From assembly GCA_036514715.1 (NCBI GenBank), contig DATBWR010000011.1, positions 48,102 to 112,101 on the forward strand: DNA of 64,000 bases, written 5' to 3'. Shown in pieces: positions 35,731 through 45,085 of the stretch. Numbering within the stretch: position 1 is the stretch's first letter; each line of letters starts with the position of its first letter. A program made the translations under genes and the position numbers. Source of the DNA: Candidatus Nanoarchaeia archaeon. Its GTDB lineage: Bacteria; Patescibacteriota; Microgenomatia; Woykebacterales; RBG-16-39-9b. The notes beneath the pieces are model-generated. The model was not told where the DNA came from. It searched no databases and was given only the letters and a program-made list of their open reading frames with translations.

Positions 35731-36129
35731 TCATAAACCTCCCAATTCAATTAAACCCGCCTTAAATTTCTCCAAGATATCGCGCACTTGCGAGCTAGGT
35801 AGTTCAAAATTAACGTTGTGCACTATCTCATTGCGAACTTTGTGGGCAAACCACAACCCGTCATAAATTTCCCACTTACCGACAAATTTAACTTTGGCCG
35901 CTTTCAAACGCTCACCAGTAGCTTCCAAAGATGGGTACATTTTGCGCAAAACAAAGTCCATTAACTTGTCGGCATCAATGACCGCGGACTTTAAGTTCGA
36001 AGGCTTACCAAGAGAGGCTTGTTCCTCAACTTTTTGCCAACCAGTTTTCACTTCTTGGCTGTCCTGCAAAGTTAACTTTCCCTCAGGCACATAGTTTGTC
36101 TTACCGAACAAAAATGAAAAAATCCCCAT
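35731..36129 (-). CDS. small HEPN-like protein (Rx4H motif; DUF4145-like) inserted between gatA and gatB
   Basis: C-terminal 'WFAHKVRNEIVHNVN' carries an R-x4-H HEPN-type motif. No other family signal. Confidence 0.4.
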   Translation of the reverse strand: MGIFSFLFGKTNYVPEGKLTLQDSQEVKTGWQKVEEQASLGKPSNLKSAVIDADKLMDFVLRKMYPSLEATGERLKAAKVKFVGKWEIYDGLWFAHKVRNEIVHNVNFELPSSQVRDILEKFKAGLIELGGL

Positions 36130-37542
36130 TTACTCTGGTTTCCTTTTATGCCACTCCGTTGCTTGTTCAAAATTATAAGCAGCTTGCAACATTTTCTCTT
36201 CTTCCCAGTGGTTAGCTGTGATTTGCAAACCGACTGGTAAATCGCCCACAAAGCCGGCTGGAAGCGAAATTGCCGGTACACCAGCCAAATTCTGTGGCAC
36301 AGTTAAGATATCTCCCAAATACATCTGGAGAGGATTATCAATTTTCTCACCGAACTTAAAAGGCAGAACCGGCGAAGTTGGGCCAAGTACGAAATCTACT
36401 TTCTTGAAAACCTCTTGAAAGTCGTTGTAAATTAAGCGGCGCACTTTAGTTGATTTCAAGTAATAGGCGTCGTAGTAGCCGGAAGACAGAGAGTAAGTTC
36501 CCAGCATTATCCGCCGTTTAGCTTCCGGTCCAAACTGGTCTCGAGTTCCACCGTAGCGAACGCCGTCGTAGCGGGCCAGGTTAGTACTTACTTCTGAAGC
36601 CATAACCAGATAATAAACCGGAATAGCCTGCTCGCTGTGGGGCAGAGAAACTTCAACTAACTGCCCACCCAAATCCTCAATTTTTTTCGTAGCAGCAAGA
36701 AAAATTTCCTTAACTTGTGGGTCGATACCTTCACCAAGATACTCTTTGGGAATTCCAAACTTCTTGCCTTTAATGCTTCTTCCAAGGTTTTTTGAATAGT
36801 CCGGCAGAGGTTTGTTGACGCTAGTTGCATCTTGCCTGTCGTAGCCAGCAATGATGTTTAACACCCAGGCAGCATCTTCCACCGTTTGGGTAAGCGGTCC
36901 AGCTTGATCCAGTGAATTTCCCATTGGGATCAAACCCCAGCGGCTCACCCGTCCGTAAGTTGGTTTTAAACCCACAACAGAGCAAAAGGAAGCTGGTTGG
37001 CGGATACTACCGCCAGTGTCCGTCCCCAGAGCATAAGGCAGGAGGCCAGCAGCGACTGCGGCTGCCGAACCACCGCTGCTGCCACCGGGAACGCGGGTTC
37101 TATCCCAGGGATTTTTAGTTTTTTGGTAAGCGGAGTTTTCCGTGGAAGCTCCCATCGCAAACTCGTCGCAGTTGAGCTTACCGATCATGACTGCCTTAAC
37201 TTTGAGCAGGTTTTCGTAAACAGTGGCGCTGTAAGGCGGTAGAAAATCTTCCAGAATTTTGGAGGCTGCTGTAGTGGCGACTCCCTGGGTGACAATCACG
37301 TCTTTGATACCCATGGGCACACCGGTTAACCAGCAAATTTCTTTGGAGTTAGCGATAAGTCGGTCAGCTTCTTGGGCTTGTTTTAAAGCAAGTTCGCCGG
37401 TTATGGTGAGAAAAGAACCAAGGTCTTTGTCAGCTTTTTCAGCTTGCTGCAAAGCTTGTTTAGTAACCTCTACCGAAGAAAAGTCCTTTTTCTTTAAACC
37501 CTCGTGAATTTGCTTAATAGTTAAAAAGCTTGTATGCATCAA
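36130..37542 (-). CDS. gatA: Glu-tRNA(Gln) amidotransferase subunit A (amidase family)
   Basis: Amidase signature 'GGSSGGSAAAVAAG', full-length GatA. Confidence 0.9.
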   Translation of the reverse strand: MMHTSFLTIKQIHEGLKKKDFSSVEVTKQALQQAEKADKDLGSFLTITGELALKQAQEADRLIANSKEICWLTGVPMGIKDVIVTQGVATTAASKILEDFLPPYSATVYENLLKVKAVMIGKLNCDEFAMGASTENSAYQKTKNPWDRTRVPGGSSGGSAAAVAAGLLPYALGTDTGGSIRQPASFCSVVGLKPTYGRVSRWGLIPMGNSLDQAGPLTQTVEDAAWVLNIIAGYDRQDATSVNKPLPDYSKNLGRSIKGKKFGIPKEYLGEGIDPQVKEIFLAATKKIEDLGGQLVEVSLPHSEQAIPVYYLVMASEVSTNLARYDGVRYGGTRDQFGPEAKRRIMLGTYSLSSGYYDAYYLKSTKVRRLIYNDFQEVFKKVDFVLGPTSPVLPFKFGEKIDNPLQMYLGDILTVPQNLAGVPAISLPAGFVGDLPVGLQITANHWEEEKMLQAAYNFEQATEWHKRKPE

Positions 37543-37829
37543 TCGAGAATAGCTTTGACTTTAAAAAAGCCGTTGTGTTTGTTTTTCGCATTTTGTAGCA
37601 CCGATTTTTGTGGCAAGCCTGGCTGAGGCTCATCTCCACGTAGTGCGTTGGTCAAGCCGGAAACATTAAGCAGAGGCTCAACCTTATCAGTGTTAACCTG
37701 AGAAAGTTTTTCCGCGTTATAGTCAATCACCTCTTCAAGCTGAGAACGAAACTTTTCAACCTCAGTTTCAGTGAGCTCTAAGTTAGCCAGTTTTGCCACC
37801 ATTCTTACTTGTTCGCTTGTTAACGCCAT
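37539..37829 (-). CDS. gatC: Glu-tRNA(Gln) amidotransferase subunit C
   Basis: About 96-aa GatC-like ('LTSEQVRMVAKLANLELTETEVEKF..'). Start trimmed to the internal ATG at 37829. The long upstream extension overlaps htpX and is unlikely to be real. Confidence 0.7.
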   Translation of the reverse strand: MALTSEQVRMVAKLANLELTETEVEKFRSQLEEVIDYNAEKLSQVNTDKVEPLLNVSGLTNALRGDEPQPGLPQKSVLQNAKNKHNGFFKVKAILD

Positions 37830-37946
37830 ATTAAAATCCAAATAAATCGCCCTTGCGGGTGGCACAGGAAGAAGGGGTCCCGACAGCGCGTAAGTTACTG
37901 CTGAGCACTGGCGGGAGGGAATCCTGTGACAGAACCCGCTCAAGAC

Positions 37947-38876
37947 TCATTGCATCGCGCGCAGGGCGGCAACGCGTTCCTCCACACTTGGGTGGGTGTT
38001 GAAAAGGCCTGCAAACCAACCAACCCCGCCTTTTTGTTTATCTTTGAAGGGGTTTTCAAAATAAAGATGAGCAGTGCCTTTGTTGGCTACTTCCAAAGGT
38101 TCCTTGTCTTGGGAGATTTTGACCAGAGCAGTTGCCAAACTGTCCGGATTTCTTGTTAATAAGGCTCCGGAAGCATCGGCCAAAAACTCACGGCGACGAC
38201 TAACTGCCAAGCGAATCAACTGGGCAATCAAAGGTGAAAGCAAGGCTAGGATAACGGCAATTAAAATTAAAATTCCTCCACCACCGCCACGATCATCTCG
38301 ACGCCTGCCGCCTCCCCACCACATCATCCGGAAAAACATATCCGCTACCAGTGCGATTAAGCCAACCAAAACAGTCACTACTGCCATCACTCTGATATCG
38401 TAATTTTTAATATGGGAAAGCTCGTGCGCTACTACTCCTTCCAACTCTAAACGCGAGAGTTTTTGGAGAATTCCAGTAGTGAAAGCAACCGCCGCGTGTT
38501 TTGGATCCCTGCCAGTTGCAAAGGCATTAGGCGCAGTATCGTCAATGATGTAAATTCTGGGCATTGGTTGGCCTTGCGCAATGCACAAGTTTTCCACCAA
38601 ACGAAACAGTTCTGGATTGTCGCTTTTTTGGATTTGACGAGCCGCCGAAATAGCCAAAATGATCGAATCGGAAAAATAAAATGAGGCAAAATTCATTATC
38701 AGGGCAATAACCAGAAAAATAGTGGTAAAACCAACCGCCTCACTTTCCGTGTAACCTAAAGCACTGGTTAAAACGTAGGTAATACCTAAGACAAAAACGG
38801 TAAAGGCGACCATCAAAACAATGGTTTTCACCTTATTGGCAGAAACTTGATTATATGCAGTTTGAATTGTCGTCAT
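37947..38876 (-). CDS. htpX: HtpX-like M48 zinc metalloprotease
   Basis: 'HELSHIKN' HExxH motif, four TM segments. Confidence 0.85.
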   Translation of the reverse strand: MTTIQTAYNQVSANKVKTIVLMVAFTVFVLGITYVLTSALGYTESEAVGFTTIFLVIALIMNFASFYFSDSIILAISAARQIQKSDNPELFRLVENLCIAQGQPMPRIYIIDDTAPNAFATGRDPKHAAVAFTTGILQKLSRLELEGVVAHELSHIKNYDIRVMAVVTVLVGLIALVADMFFRMMWWGGGRRRDDRGGGGGILILIAVILALLSPLIAQLIRLAVSRRREFLADASGALLTRNPDSLATALVKISQDKEPLEVANKGTAHLYFENPFKDKQKGGVGWFAGLFNTHPSVEERVAALRAMQ

Positions 38877-39082
38877 AATGTTTGGTGCAGAAAAAATTTT
38901 TTGTTAGCCGCCATATGAGCACAGCGTCTTTGAACTTGCAAAAAGGTGAAGAGGAAACTGGAACTGACTACCACGACAGTGGAGGAATTCCAGAGGACGT
39001 CCCGATCCTTTTTGCATTAGTTCAACAGCCAGCGCAAACTGGTGGCAGTTTGGAGCCACCTTTGCTGTCAAAGGTGGCAAAA

Positions 39083-39628
39083 CTAAAACTTAACTGCGAC
39101 AGTTTTCTTTTCCTCTTCAGTTGCTTCGAAAAAGTCTTCGGCTTTAAAGCCAAACATCCCAGCAATAATCATCGAGGGAAAGGTTTGAATTTTGGTGTTG
39201 TAATCAAGAACATTAGCGTTGTAAAACTGCCGAGCTGAAGCTACTTTCGTCTCAGTATCCGAGACCTCTTGTTGCAGTTCCTTGAAGTTTTCCGATGCTT
39301 TTAGTTCCGGATAAGCTTCCGCCACTGCAAAAAGGGATTTCAGAGCTCCAGTCAACATGTTGTCAGCTGCTTCGGCTTCTTTGGCAGAAGAGGCTCCCAG
39401 TATGGCGCTGCGCGCCTTAGTAACGTTCTCAAAAACTTCTTTTTCGTGCTTAGCGTAACCTTTGACAGTTTCTACCAAATTGGGAATTAAATCCGCTCGC
39501 CTTTTGAGTTGGACATCAATCCCACTCCAACCCTCTTTCACTCGATTGCGGGCGGTCACTAACCCGTTGTAGATACCAAAGACAACTACAACGATTAAAA
39601 CTACTACTCCGACAATGGCCCACTCCAT
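39083..39628 (-). CDS. lemA: LemA family protein
   Basis: N-terminal TM followed by '[38 protein letters not shown]'. Confidence 0.85.
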   Translation of the reverse strand: MEWAIVGVVVLIVVVVFGIYNGLVTARNRVKEGWSGIDVQLKRRADLIPNLVETVKGYAKHEKEVFENVTKARSAILGASSAKEAEAADNMLTGALKSLFAVAEAYPELKASENFKELQQEVSDTETKVASARQFYNANVLDYNTKIQTFPSMIIAGMFGFKAEDFFEATEEEKKTVAVKF

Positions 39629-39668
39629 CTAAAAATCACCTCCCTTAGGTTCAAATTAGCTTTAAATT

Positions 39669-41372
39669 TTAATGCAGACCAATTATACCTTTGAGTTTAC
39701 GGTAAGACAAGGTGTTGATCACCTCATCTTTTTCCACCCAACCGCGCCTTGCCCCAGCAATCCCGTACTCCATCAACTCCAGATGAGAGGTATGGTGGGA
39801 ATCAGTGTCAATTGCGAAACTAATTTTAAAACGTTTAGCCTCTCGAATGAGTAGGTCGGGTAAGTCGGAGCGGTTAGGAAAAGCGTTTATTTCCATGATT
39901 TTGTTATTAACAGAAGCAAATTTAAAGATTTTCTCCCAGTCAGCTTCAATACCCTCTCTTTCGAGTAACATTCGTCCAGTTGGGTGGGCAAAAGCATCTA
40001 CATGAGGGTTTCCCAAGGCTTTTAAAATCCTTTTTGTCATAACTTCGGAGGGTTGCTTGAAACTGGTATGAATTGCGACCAAAACAAAGTCGTGTTTAGC
40101 AAGAATTTCATCAGGTATTTGCAGCGTTGCATCAACATTAATATTTACTTCGAGTCCTTTTATTACTCTAATCTTACTTTGTGAGTAATTTATTTGTTCT
40201 ATTTGCTTCAAGCGTTTGTCGTAATCCAGTAACCGTGGGTAGGAATGGTCGGTTAGAGCAATATACTCTCTCCCTAAGTTTACAGCCGCTTCGACCATTT
40301 CACCGATAGTACTGCGACCGTCGCTCCAGGTTGAGTGAGTGTGCAAATCGCCACAGATATCATTTAGCTGGATTAACTGGGGTAGTTTGTGTTCTAAAGC
40401 TGCTTCAATCTCACCAGTATCTTCCCGCAACTCAGGAGGCGGAAAACTCATACCTAAAAGTCGGTAAACCTCTTCTTCGGTCTGGAATTTATGCACTTTA
40501 TTGGTCTTGGTTTCTTTGATACCGTATTCGGAAACCGAATAACCTTTTTCTTGAGCAAGGCGGCGAAGTTTAATATTATGGCTTTTAGAACCCGTCAAAT
40601 GCTGTAGGAGGTTACCGTAAGTCTCAAGTGGCTGAACCATCAAGTCCACTCGCACACCGGTTTTTAAGGCAATGGTGGCGGTTCTTTCCCCAGCTTCGAC
40701 TACGCGATCGATACCAGGAGTTTTGGAGAAATGCTTTATCACTGAGTCTGGATCATTTGAAGCTGCCGAAATATCAATATCGCCAACAGTGGGCATCATG
40801 CGGCGCAAACTCCCCAAGGTGTCAGCTCGTTTTACTTTGGGGTGTTTGGCTAAATAAGCCATGACTTCTCTGGCAACAGTCTGCGCCACCGGCAGAAGAA
40901 TGCGGTCGCTTTTACGCTTATAATCCTCAACGCCTTCTAAGATCTTGTCTAAAGTCTTTTCCCTAAAATCTTTTTTTGCTAAAAACCCGGATTTTATCTT
41001 CTCTTCCAGGTCAGTAATACTTTCAACTCCAACTTCAGTAAGCTTGTAGGCAGTTTTGGGCCCAACTCCGGGCACTTTAAGAAGTTGGAACATACTCTTA
41101 TTTATGCCGTGAGTAACCTCTTCAAAATGGCCAACTTTGCCAGTGCGGAAAAGCTCGTCTAGATGGGCTCGTAAACTTTCTCCCAAGCCTGGAACTTCAT
41201 CCAAACGCTCTTCTTCCCACAAACTTTTGATGTCGGAAGAGGAGTTTTCAACCACATCGGCAGCAGTTTCGTAAGCGCGGATCTGAAATTGATTCATATT
41301 CTTGATCTGATAAACTGCCGCAATGCCGCGCAAAAGTTCTGCTATCTCCTTGTTAGTAAACGAAAAAGCCAT
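39669..41372 (-). CDS. polX: DNA polymerase X family protein with C-terminal PHP domain
   Basis: HhH motifs, PolX palm motifs, and PHP 'HTHSTWSDG'. Start trimmed to the Met of 'MAFSFTNKEIAELL' (ATG 41372), which removes the overlap with pyrE. Confidence 0.8.
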   Translation of the reverse strand: MAFSFTNKEIAELLRGIAAVYQIKNMNQFQIRAYETAADVVENSSSDIKSLWEEERLDEVPGLGESLRAHLDELFRTGKVGHFEEVTHGINKSMFQLLKVPGVGPKTAYKLTEVGVESITDLEEKIKSGFLAKKDFREKTLDKILEGVEDYKRKSDRILLPVAQTVAREVMAYLAKHPKVKRADTLGSLRRMMPTVGDIDISAASNDPDSVIKHFSKTPGIDRVVEAGERTATIALKTGVRVDLMVQPLETYGNLLQHLTGSKSHNIKLRRLAQEKGYSVSEYGIKETKTNKVHKFQTEEEVYRLLGMSFPPPELREDTGEIEAALEHKLPQLIQLNDICGDLHTHSTWSDGRSTIGEMVEAAVNLGREYIALTDHSYPRLLDYDKRLKQIEQINYSQSKIRVIKGLEVNINVDATLQIPDEILAKHDFVLVAIHTSFKQPSEVMTKRILKALGNPHVDAFAHPTGRMLLEREGIEADWEKIFKFASVNNKIMEINAFPNRSDLPDLLIREAKRFKISFAIDTDSHHTSHLELMEYGIAGARRGWVEKDEVINTLSYRKLKGIIGLH

Positions 41373-41532
41373 CGTAAACCCGTTTACCTCGGATGGTGGC
41401 AGGCTGAAACGAGGTGTAAGCCATGACTCCTCCGAGGTGGAAACAGTAAAGTCATGATAATCTTGATTATAGTGCAAACTTTTTCCAAAAGAAAAACCCC
41501 GCTCTGTCGTTAAACAAAACGGGGCCATGTGC

Positions 41533-42195
41533 TCATTTCCTTCGATTAGCTGGCCAGTTAGCAGGATTTTCTCCAAACTCTTGAAGAAATTCCCGGCCGT
41601 GACCAACTTCAATGCTAATTGGAATTCCGTTTCGACAAGGCAGGCACTCTTGGGCCGACCAGCTGGGAAACTGCTTAGTCACCAAGGCCTCGAGAGGAAC
41701 GGTAAAGGTGTTTTCTCCCCTCAGCCAAATACAGCTGATGCCGACAACTTCACCACCCAGTTCTTCTACTGCCTTTTTGACTGCTTCGACTGTTCCACCA
41801 GTAGTGATGATATCCTCGGCAACGAGAACTTTTTTACCTCTCACCACCTGATCGAAACCACGGTAGAACGCAAAGACTGGCCCCAAACCTTCCGATAGCT
41901 CACCCTTAAAAGGTTCGGCATAGGCAAATAGAACCACGCAACGCCTTGCAAGCAGCACGGCGAAAGGAATAGCTCCAACCGCAGCGCAAGCAACCACCTG
42001 GATTTGGCCTTGATCAACCAGGTCTTTTATTTGCTCGTAAGATTCCTCTGCCAAGTCAGCTAGCAAAGGCGGTTCGGTCGAAATCAGGTCCTTGTTGACG
42101 TAAGCGTTGCCGTGTCTTCCAGAGGTGAAAACGAAGTGTCCTTCAAGAAGAGCGTCTAAGTTCTTGATGTCTTCAATGATATCTTCCTCGTCCAT
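41533..42195 (-). CDS. pyrE: orotate phosphoribosyltransferase
   Basis: PRPP-binding motif 'VLVAEDIITTGGT'. Confidence 0.8.
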   Translation of the reverse strand: MDEEDIIEDIKNLDALLEGHFVFTSGRHGNAYVNKDLISTEPPLLADLAEESYEQIKDLVDQGQIQVVACAAVGAIPFAVLLARRCVVLFAYAEPFKGELSEGLGPVFAFYRGFDQVVRGKKVLVAEDIITTGGTVEAVKKAVEELGGEVVGISCIWLRGENTFTVPLEALVTKQFPSWSAQECLPCRNGIPISIEVGHGREFLQEFGENPANWPANRRK

Positions 42196-42203
42196 TTCCC
42201 CTC

Positions 42204-42924
42204 CTAGAGATTGCGGATTTCGGCGGTCAAGACTTCAGCGACTGCTTTGGGATCCTCAGCGTTAGTGAACTGACGACCGAAAATTGCGTTGAACTTCGGC
42301 CCGGCGACTTTTCCAGCTTCGCTAACCTTCCCACCCTGGTCAATGAAGCCTGGTGCTGACAGGGTGAACCTACCTACACCAATTTCTCGGTCGAATTGTT
42401 CTCGGTAGAGCTCAACAAACTCCGACTTGTTACCTGGGACGATGAAGTCTGTTACTCCCAGCTGTGCAGCGGTTCCGTAAATCCGCTCTGGTGCTTCGTC
42501 AGCGACGTAACCTTCCTCGCTAACCAAGAAACCCTTCTGAGTCATGTGGCCACCAACGATTGGCGTCACGCCGACCTCCTGAAGAGCCTTGACCCACCTT
42601 GCCAGGGTTTCGCAGCCGCCGAAGGGGAAAAGTATGGCGGCATCCACACCGCACTCGGCCATCAACTGGGCGTATTCTTGATCCAGATCCGGAATGTCAG
42701 TACCACCCTTCTGGTGGTCGGATCACTGGCAGTGAGTCGTGAGAGGGCTTCAGACAGGCAACTGTTGGACCTAGACCGTAGCGCAAAGCCAACATCCACC
42801 CTATTTTGTAGCCGGCGATACCTGGTACCTGACGGGTTTCCCTGACGATCTCTTCCGCTCTTTTTAGATCGCGGATGTCGAGGGCTGGGATGACACCTTT
42901 GTCAACACTAAACAGGCTAGACAT
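42204..42924 (-). pseudogene. pyrF: orotidine-5'-phosphate decarboxylase interrupted by a frameshift (pseudogene or sequencing error)
   Basis: N-terminal fragment (..IPALDIRD...YKIGWML..., 42697-42924) and C-terminal fragment (from 42665) lie in different frames. Reading through gives ..SLPV|SDHQKGGTDIPDLD.., so the shift is near 42715-42725. Confidence 0.55.
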
Positions 42925-43214
42925 GATCTTTTCCTTTCTTAGTTATGAAATTGTTTAGGTTCGAAAAGGATTTTACTCTAACTATAAGTCCTCGTCAACC
43001 AAATTTGTTATGTGAACATAATACTAAAGGTAATTTAGAGAAAATTATGGAATTACTAGGCACGTATATTTACCAATACCAAATTAGCATTTTGTCTTAC
43101 TACTAGTACTCCTAAGCCCAAAAATACTATTATAATAGGTATATTAGTTTTATCACTTAGTCTTAACTAAAATTGACTATTGAGCCTTGTTTTGCTAAAC
43201 TAGTCAGGCTTTGT

Positions 43215-43290
43215 GGACCCGTGGTGTAGCGGTTAACATGCCTCTCTGTCGAAGAGGAGATCGCCGGTTCGATTCCGGTCGGGTCCGCCA
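43215..43290 (+). tRNA. tRNA-Asp (anticodon GTC), CCA encoded
   Basis: Manual cloverleaf: acceptor GGACCCG/CGGGTCC, anticodon stem CCTCT/AGAGG with loop CTGTCGA, T-loop TTCGATT. Confidence 0.85.
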
Positions 43291-43435
43291 CTTGAGCCTC
43301 AAAATTCCCTCTTGCAACAACAATTATTGTTTGCTAGTGTGTTATTAACACCTCTAAAATTAGAGGTTCCCCTAACTGCCTCTTTTGAGAAAATAACCTA
43401 CTGCCCTTTCGAAAATTGTTAAAGAAGGGATCTTC

Positions 43436-44032
43436 ATGGCGAGAAACAAACTGCAGACTTCTGATCTTATGGAACAAAACCGCTCTTGGCTCTCCACCGG
43501 AATTGTTATTTTAATAGTGGTTGCTCTGGGGTTTTTGGCTTTTGATACTATTTCCCGCGATAGCGGTGACCAAGGTAAACAAGAAGAAGAGCAAGAAGAT
43601 GGTGCTAAAGATGAGCAAAAAGAGGACAGAGGTACCCAAGACCAACAAGGTGAGGGAACAACTCTACCCTCTACCCATACCGTTGCCAAAGGCGACAGTC
43701 TTTGGAAACTGGCGATAGCGTATTACAACGATGGTTATAAATGGACGGTAATTGCCTCAGAAAATAAACTGGCTAACCCGGATGTCATCCACGCCGGTAA
43801 CAATTTAACAATTCCCAAGATTGAAACTGCGGCCCCTGCACCCAGCGCCCAGCTCCCGACAACCTACACGGTAGTTCGCGGTGACACTTTGTGGGAACTC
43901 TCTCAGAAATACTATAACGACCCTTACCAGTGGTTTAGAATTCGTGATGCGAACGCTGGAAAGGTGGGTAAATTACCAAACGGCCGACCGTTGATCGAGA
44001 TCGGGAGTGTCCTGACCATACCCAAACTCTAA
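43436..44032 (+). CDS. LysM-domain peptidoglycan-binding protein (2 LysM repeats), membrane-anchored
   Basis: Two 'Y.V..GD.LW.L...YY.D...W..I..aN......i..G..L.IP' LysM units, N-terminal TM, acidic linker. Confidence 0.8.
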   Translation: MARNKLQTSDLMEQNRSWLSTGIVILIVVALGFLAFDTISRDSGDQGKQEEEQEDGAKDEQKEDRGTQDQQGEGTTLPSTHTVAKGDSLWKLAIAYYNDGYKWTVIASENKLANPDVIHAGNNLTIPKIETAAPAPSAQLPTTYTVVRGDTLWELSQKYYNDPYQWFRIRDANAGKVGKLPNGRPLIEIGSVLTIPKL

Positions 44033-44098
44033 AGGTTTGAAATTCAAACCTGCTTAGTGTAAACTGACCTCTGAAACTAGAGGTCAGTTTCATTTAAT

Positions 44099-44172
44099 GC
44101 GGGTAGAGTCAGCTGGTACGATGCCACCTTCCCAAGGTGGAGGAACGGGTTCGATTCCCGTTACCCGCTCCA
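44099..44172 (+). tRNA. tRNA-Gly (anticodon CCC), CCA encoded
   Basis: Acceptor GCGGGTA/TACCCGC, anticodon stem CCACC/GGTGG with loop TTCCCAA, T-arm CGGG-TTCGATT-CCCG. Confidence 0.85.
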
Positions 44173-44173
44173 T

Positions 44174-44249
44174 GCCGATGTAGCTCAGCTGGTAGAGCGC
44201 CGCTTTCGTAAAGCGTGGGTCGTCAGTTCGAATCTGACCATCGGCTCCA
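44174..44249 (+). tRNA. tRNA-Thr (anticodon CGT), CCA encoded
   Basis: Acceptor GCCGATG/CATCGGC, anticodon loop TTCGTAA, T-arm GTCAG-TTCGAAT-CTGAC. Sits 1 nt after tRNA-Gly. Confidence 0.85.
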
Positions 44250-44265
44250 AATTCAAAAACAAAAA

Positions 44266-44300
44266 GTAGGCCGTGGGTTCGACTCCCACTCTCGGCTCCA
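44266..44300 (+). other. orphan tRNA 3'-half fragment (T-arm + acceptor 3' strand + CCA) with no matching 5' half
   Basis: gtaggccGTGGG-TTCGACT-CCCAC-TCTCGGC-T-CCA. The complementary 5' acceptor GCCGAGA is absent upstream. Confidence 0.5.
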
Positions 44301-44338
44301 GTTGCAAACTCTAAACTCTTGCGCAATAATGCAGATAC

Positions 44339-45085
44339 TTGTCCATGAAAAAACGAAGTTCTTCCAGTCTTCCCGAATATAGTTACCGTCAAAGTTTGAA
44401 AAAAGAAGAAGTCAAGGTTTATCGGCGGATCGCTTTAATTTTAACCGCTGTTTTTGTAATTCTGGCGATCATCTGGTTCATGGGCACCACTTTCTTGAGC
44501 GCTCTAGGTACACTTTCCAACGGCAATGATCAAGAAACACCCTCTTCCAGCAACGAGGCTCTCCCCCTTTTAACACCGGAAATTGACAAACTCCCCACTG
44601 CTACAAAAGAGAGTGAGATTTCCGTTACCGGAGAAACAACTGCGGAAATAGAAGTGGTGCTCTTTGTTAACGACCAAGAAGTAGGTAAAACCAAGGCAGA
44701 TACTACCGGAACTTTCAAATTTGAGAAAGTTGCTTTGAAAGATGGGTTGAATTTAATTAAAGTTGTGGCAACTGATGAGTACGGAAAAACAGAGGAAGCA
44801 ACTGCAACCATAACCCAGGATAAAACTAAGCCTTCTCTGGCACTAGAGAGCCCAGTAGACGGTGCCAATTACCCCTCAACTACTAAAACTGTTAATGTCT
44901 CCGGAACGACTGATCCTGAGGCAGTTGTTTACGTCAATGGCTCGCAGGCAGTCGTTGCTAGTAGTGGGAAGTTTAGCTTTAACTTACCAGTTGGCACTGG
45001 CAGTAACGAAATTGAGGCCAGCGCTACTGATGCGGCAGGCAATTCAACTAACCTCAGAATTACTATCACGGTTGAGGCTAGTTAA
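44339..45085 (+). CDS. membrane-anchored protein with Ig-like (Big-type) extracellular domains
   Basis: N-terminal TM, two beta-rich modules of about 80 aa ('..VSGTTDPEAVVYVNG....FSF.L..G.N.I...ATD.AGN'). Confidence 0.45.
   Translation: MSMKKRSSSSLPEYSYRQSLKKEEVKVYRRIALILTAVFVILAIIWFMGTTFLSALGTLSNGNDQETPSSSNEALPLLTPEIDKLPTATKESEISVTGETTAEIEVVLFVNDQEVGKTKADTTGTFKFEKVALKDGLNLIKVVATDEYGKTEEATATITQDKTKPSLALESPVDGANYPSTTKTVNVSGTTDPEAVVYVNGSQAVVASSGKFSFNLPVGTGSNEIEASATDAAGNSTNLRITITVEAS

Noticed and set aside
38882-39238. 118-aa plus-strand ORF in the htpX-lemA intergenic region that overlaps the lemA 3' end.
   Set aside because: There is no RBS or motif, and it is antisense to lemA.
37539-41612. 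Long N-terminal extensions in the ORF track for gatC (to 37943), polX (to 41612), hppA (to 5170), ileS (to 55638) and rplU (to 51627).
   Set aside because: The extensions overlap neighbouring genes or add residues not found in the families. Starts were moved to the internal Met or GTG that matches the conserved N-termini.
44090-44392. 100-aa ORF on the minus strand covering the tRNA-Gly/tRNA-Thr region. Also 49424..49621, which covers tRNA-Val.
   Set aside because: They overlap well-formed tRNA genes. ORFs across tRNAs are artefacts.
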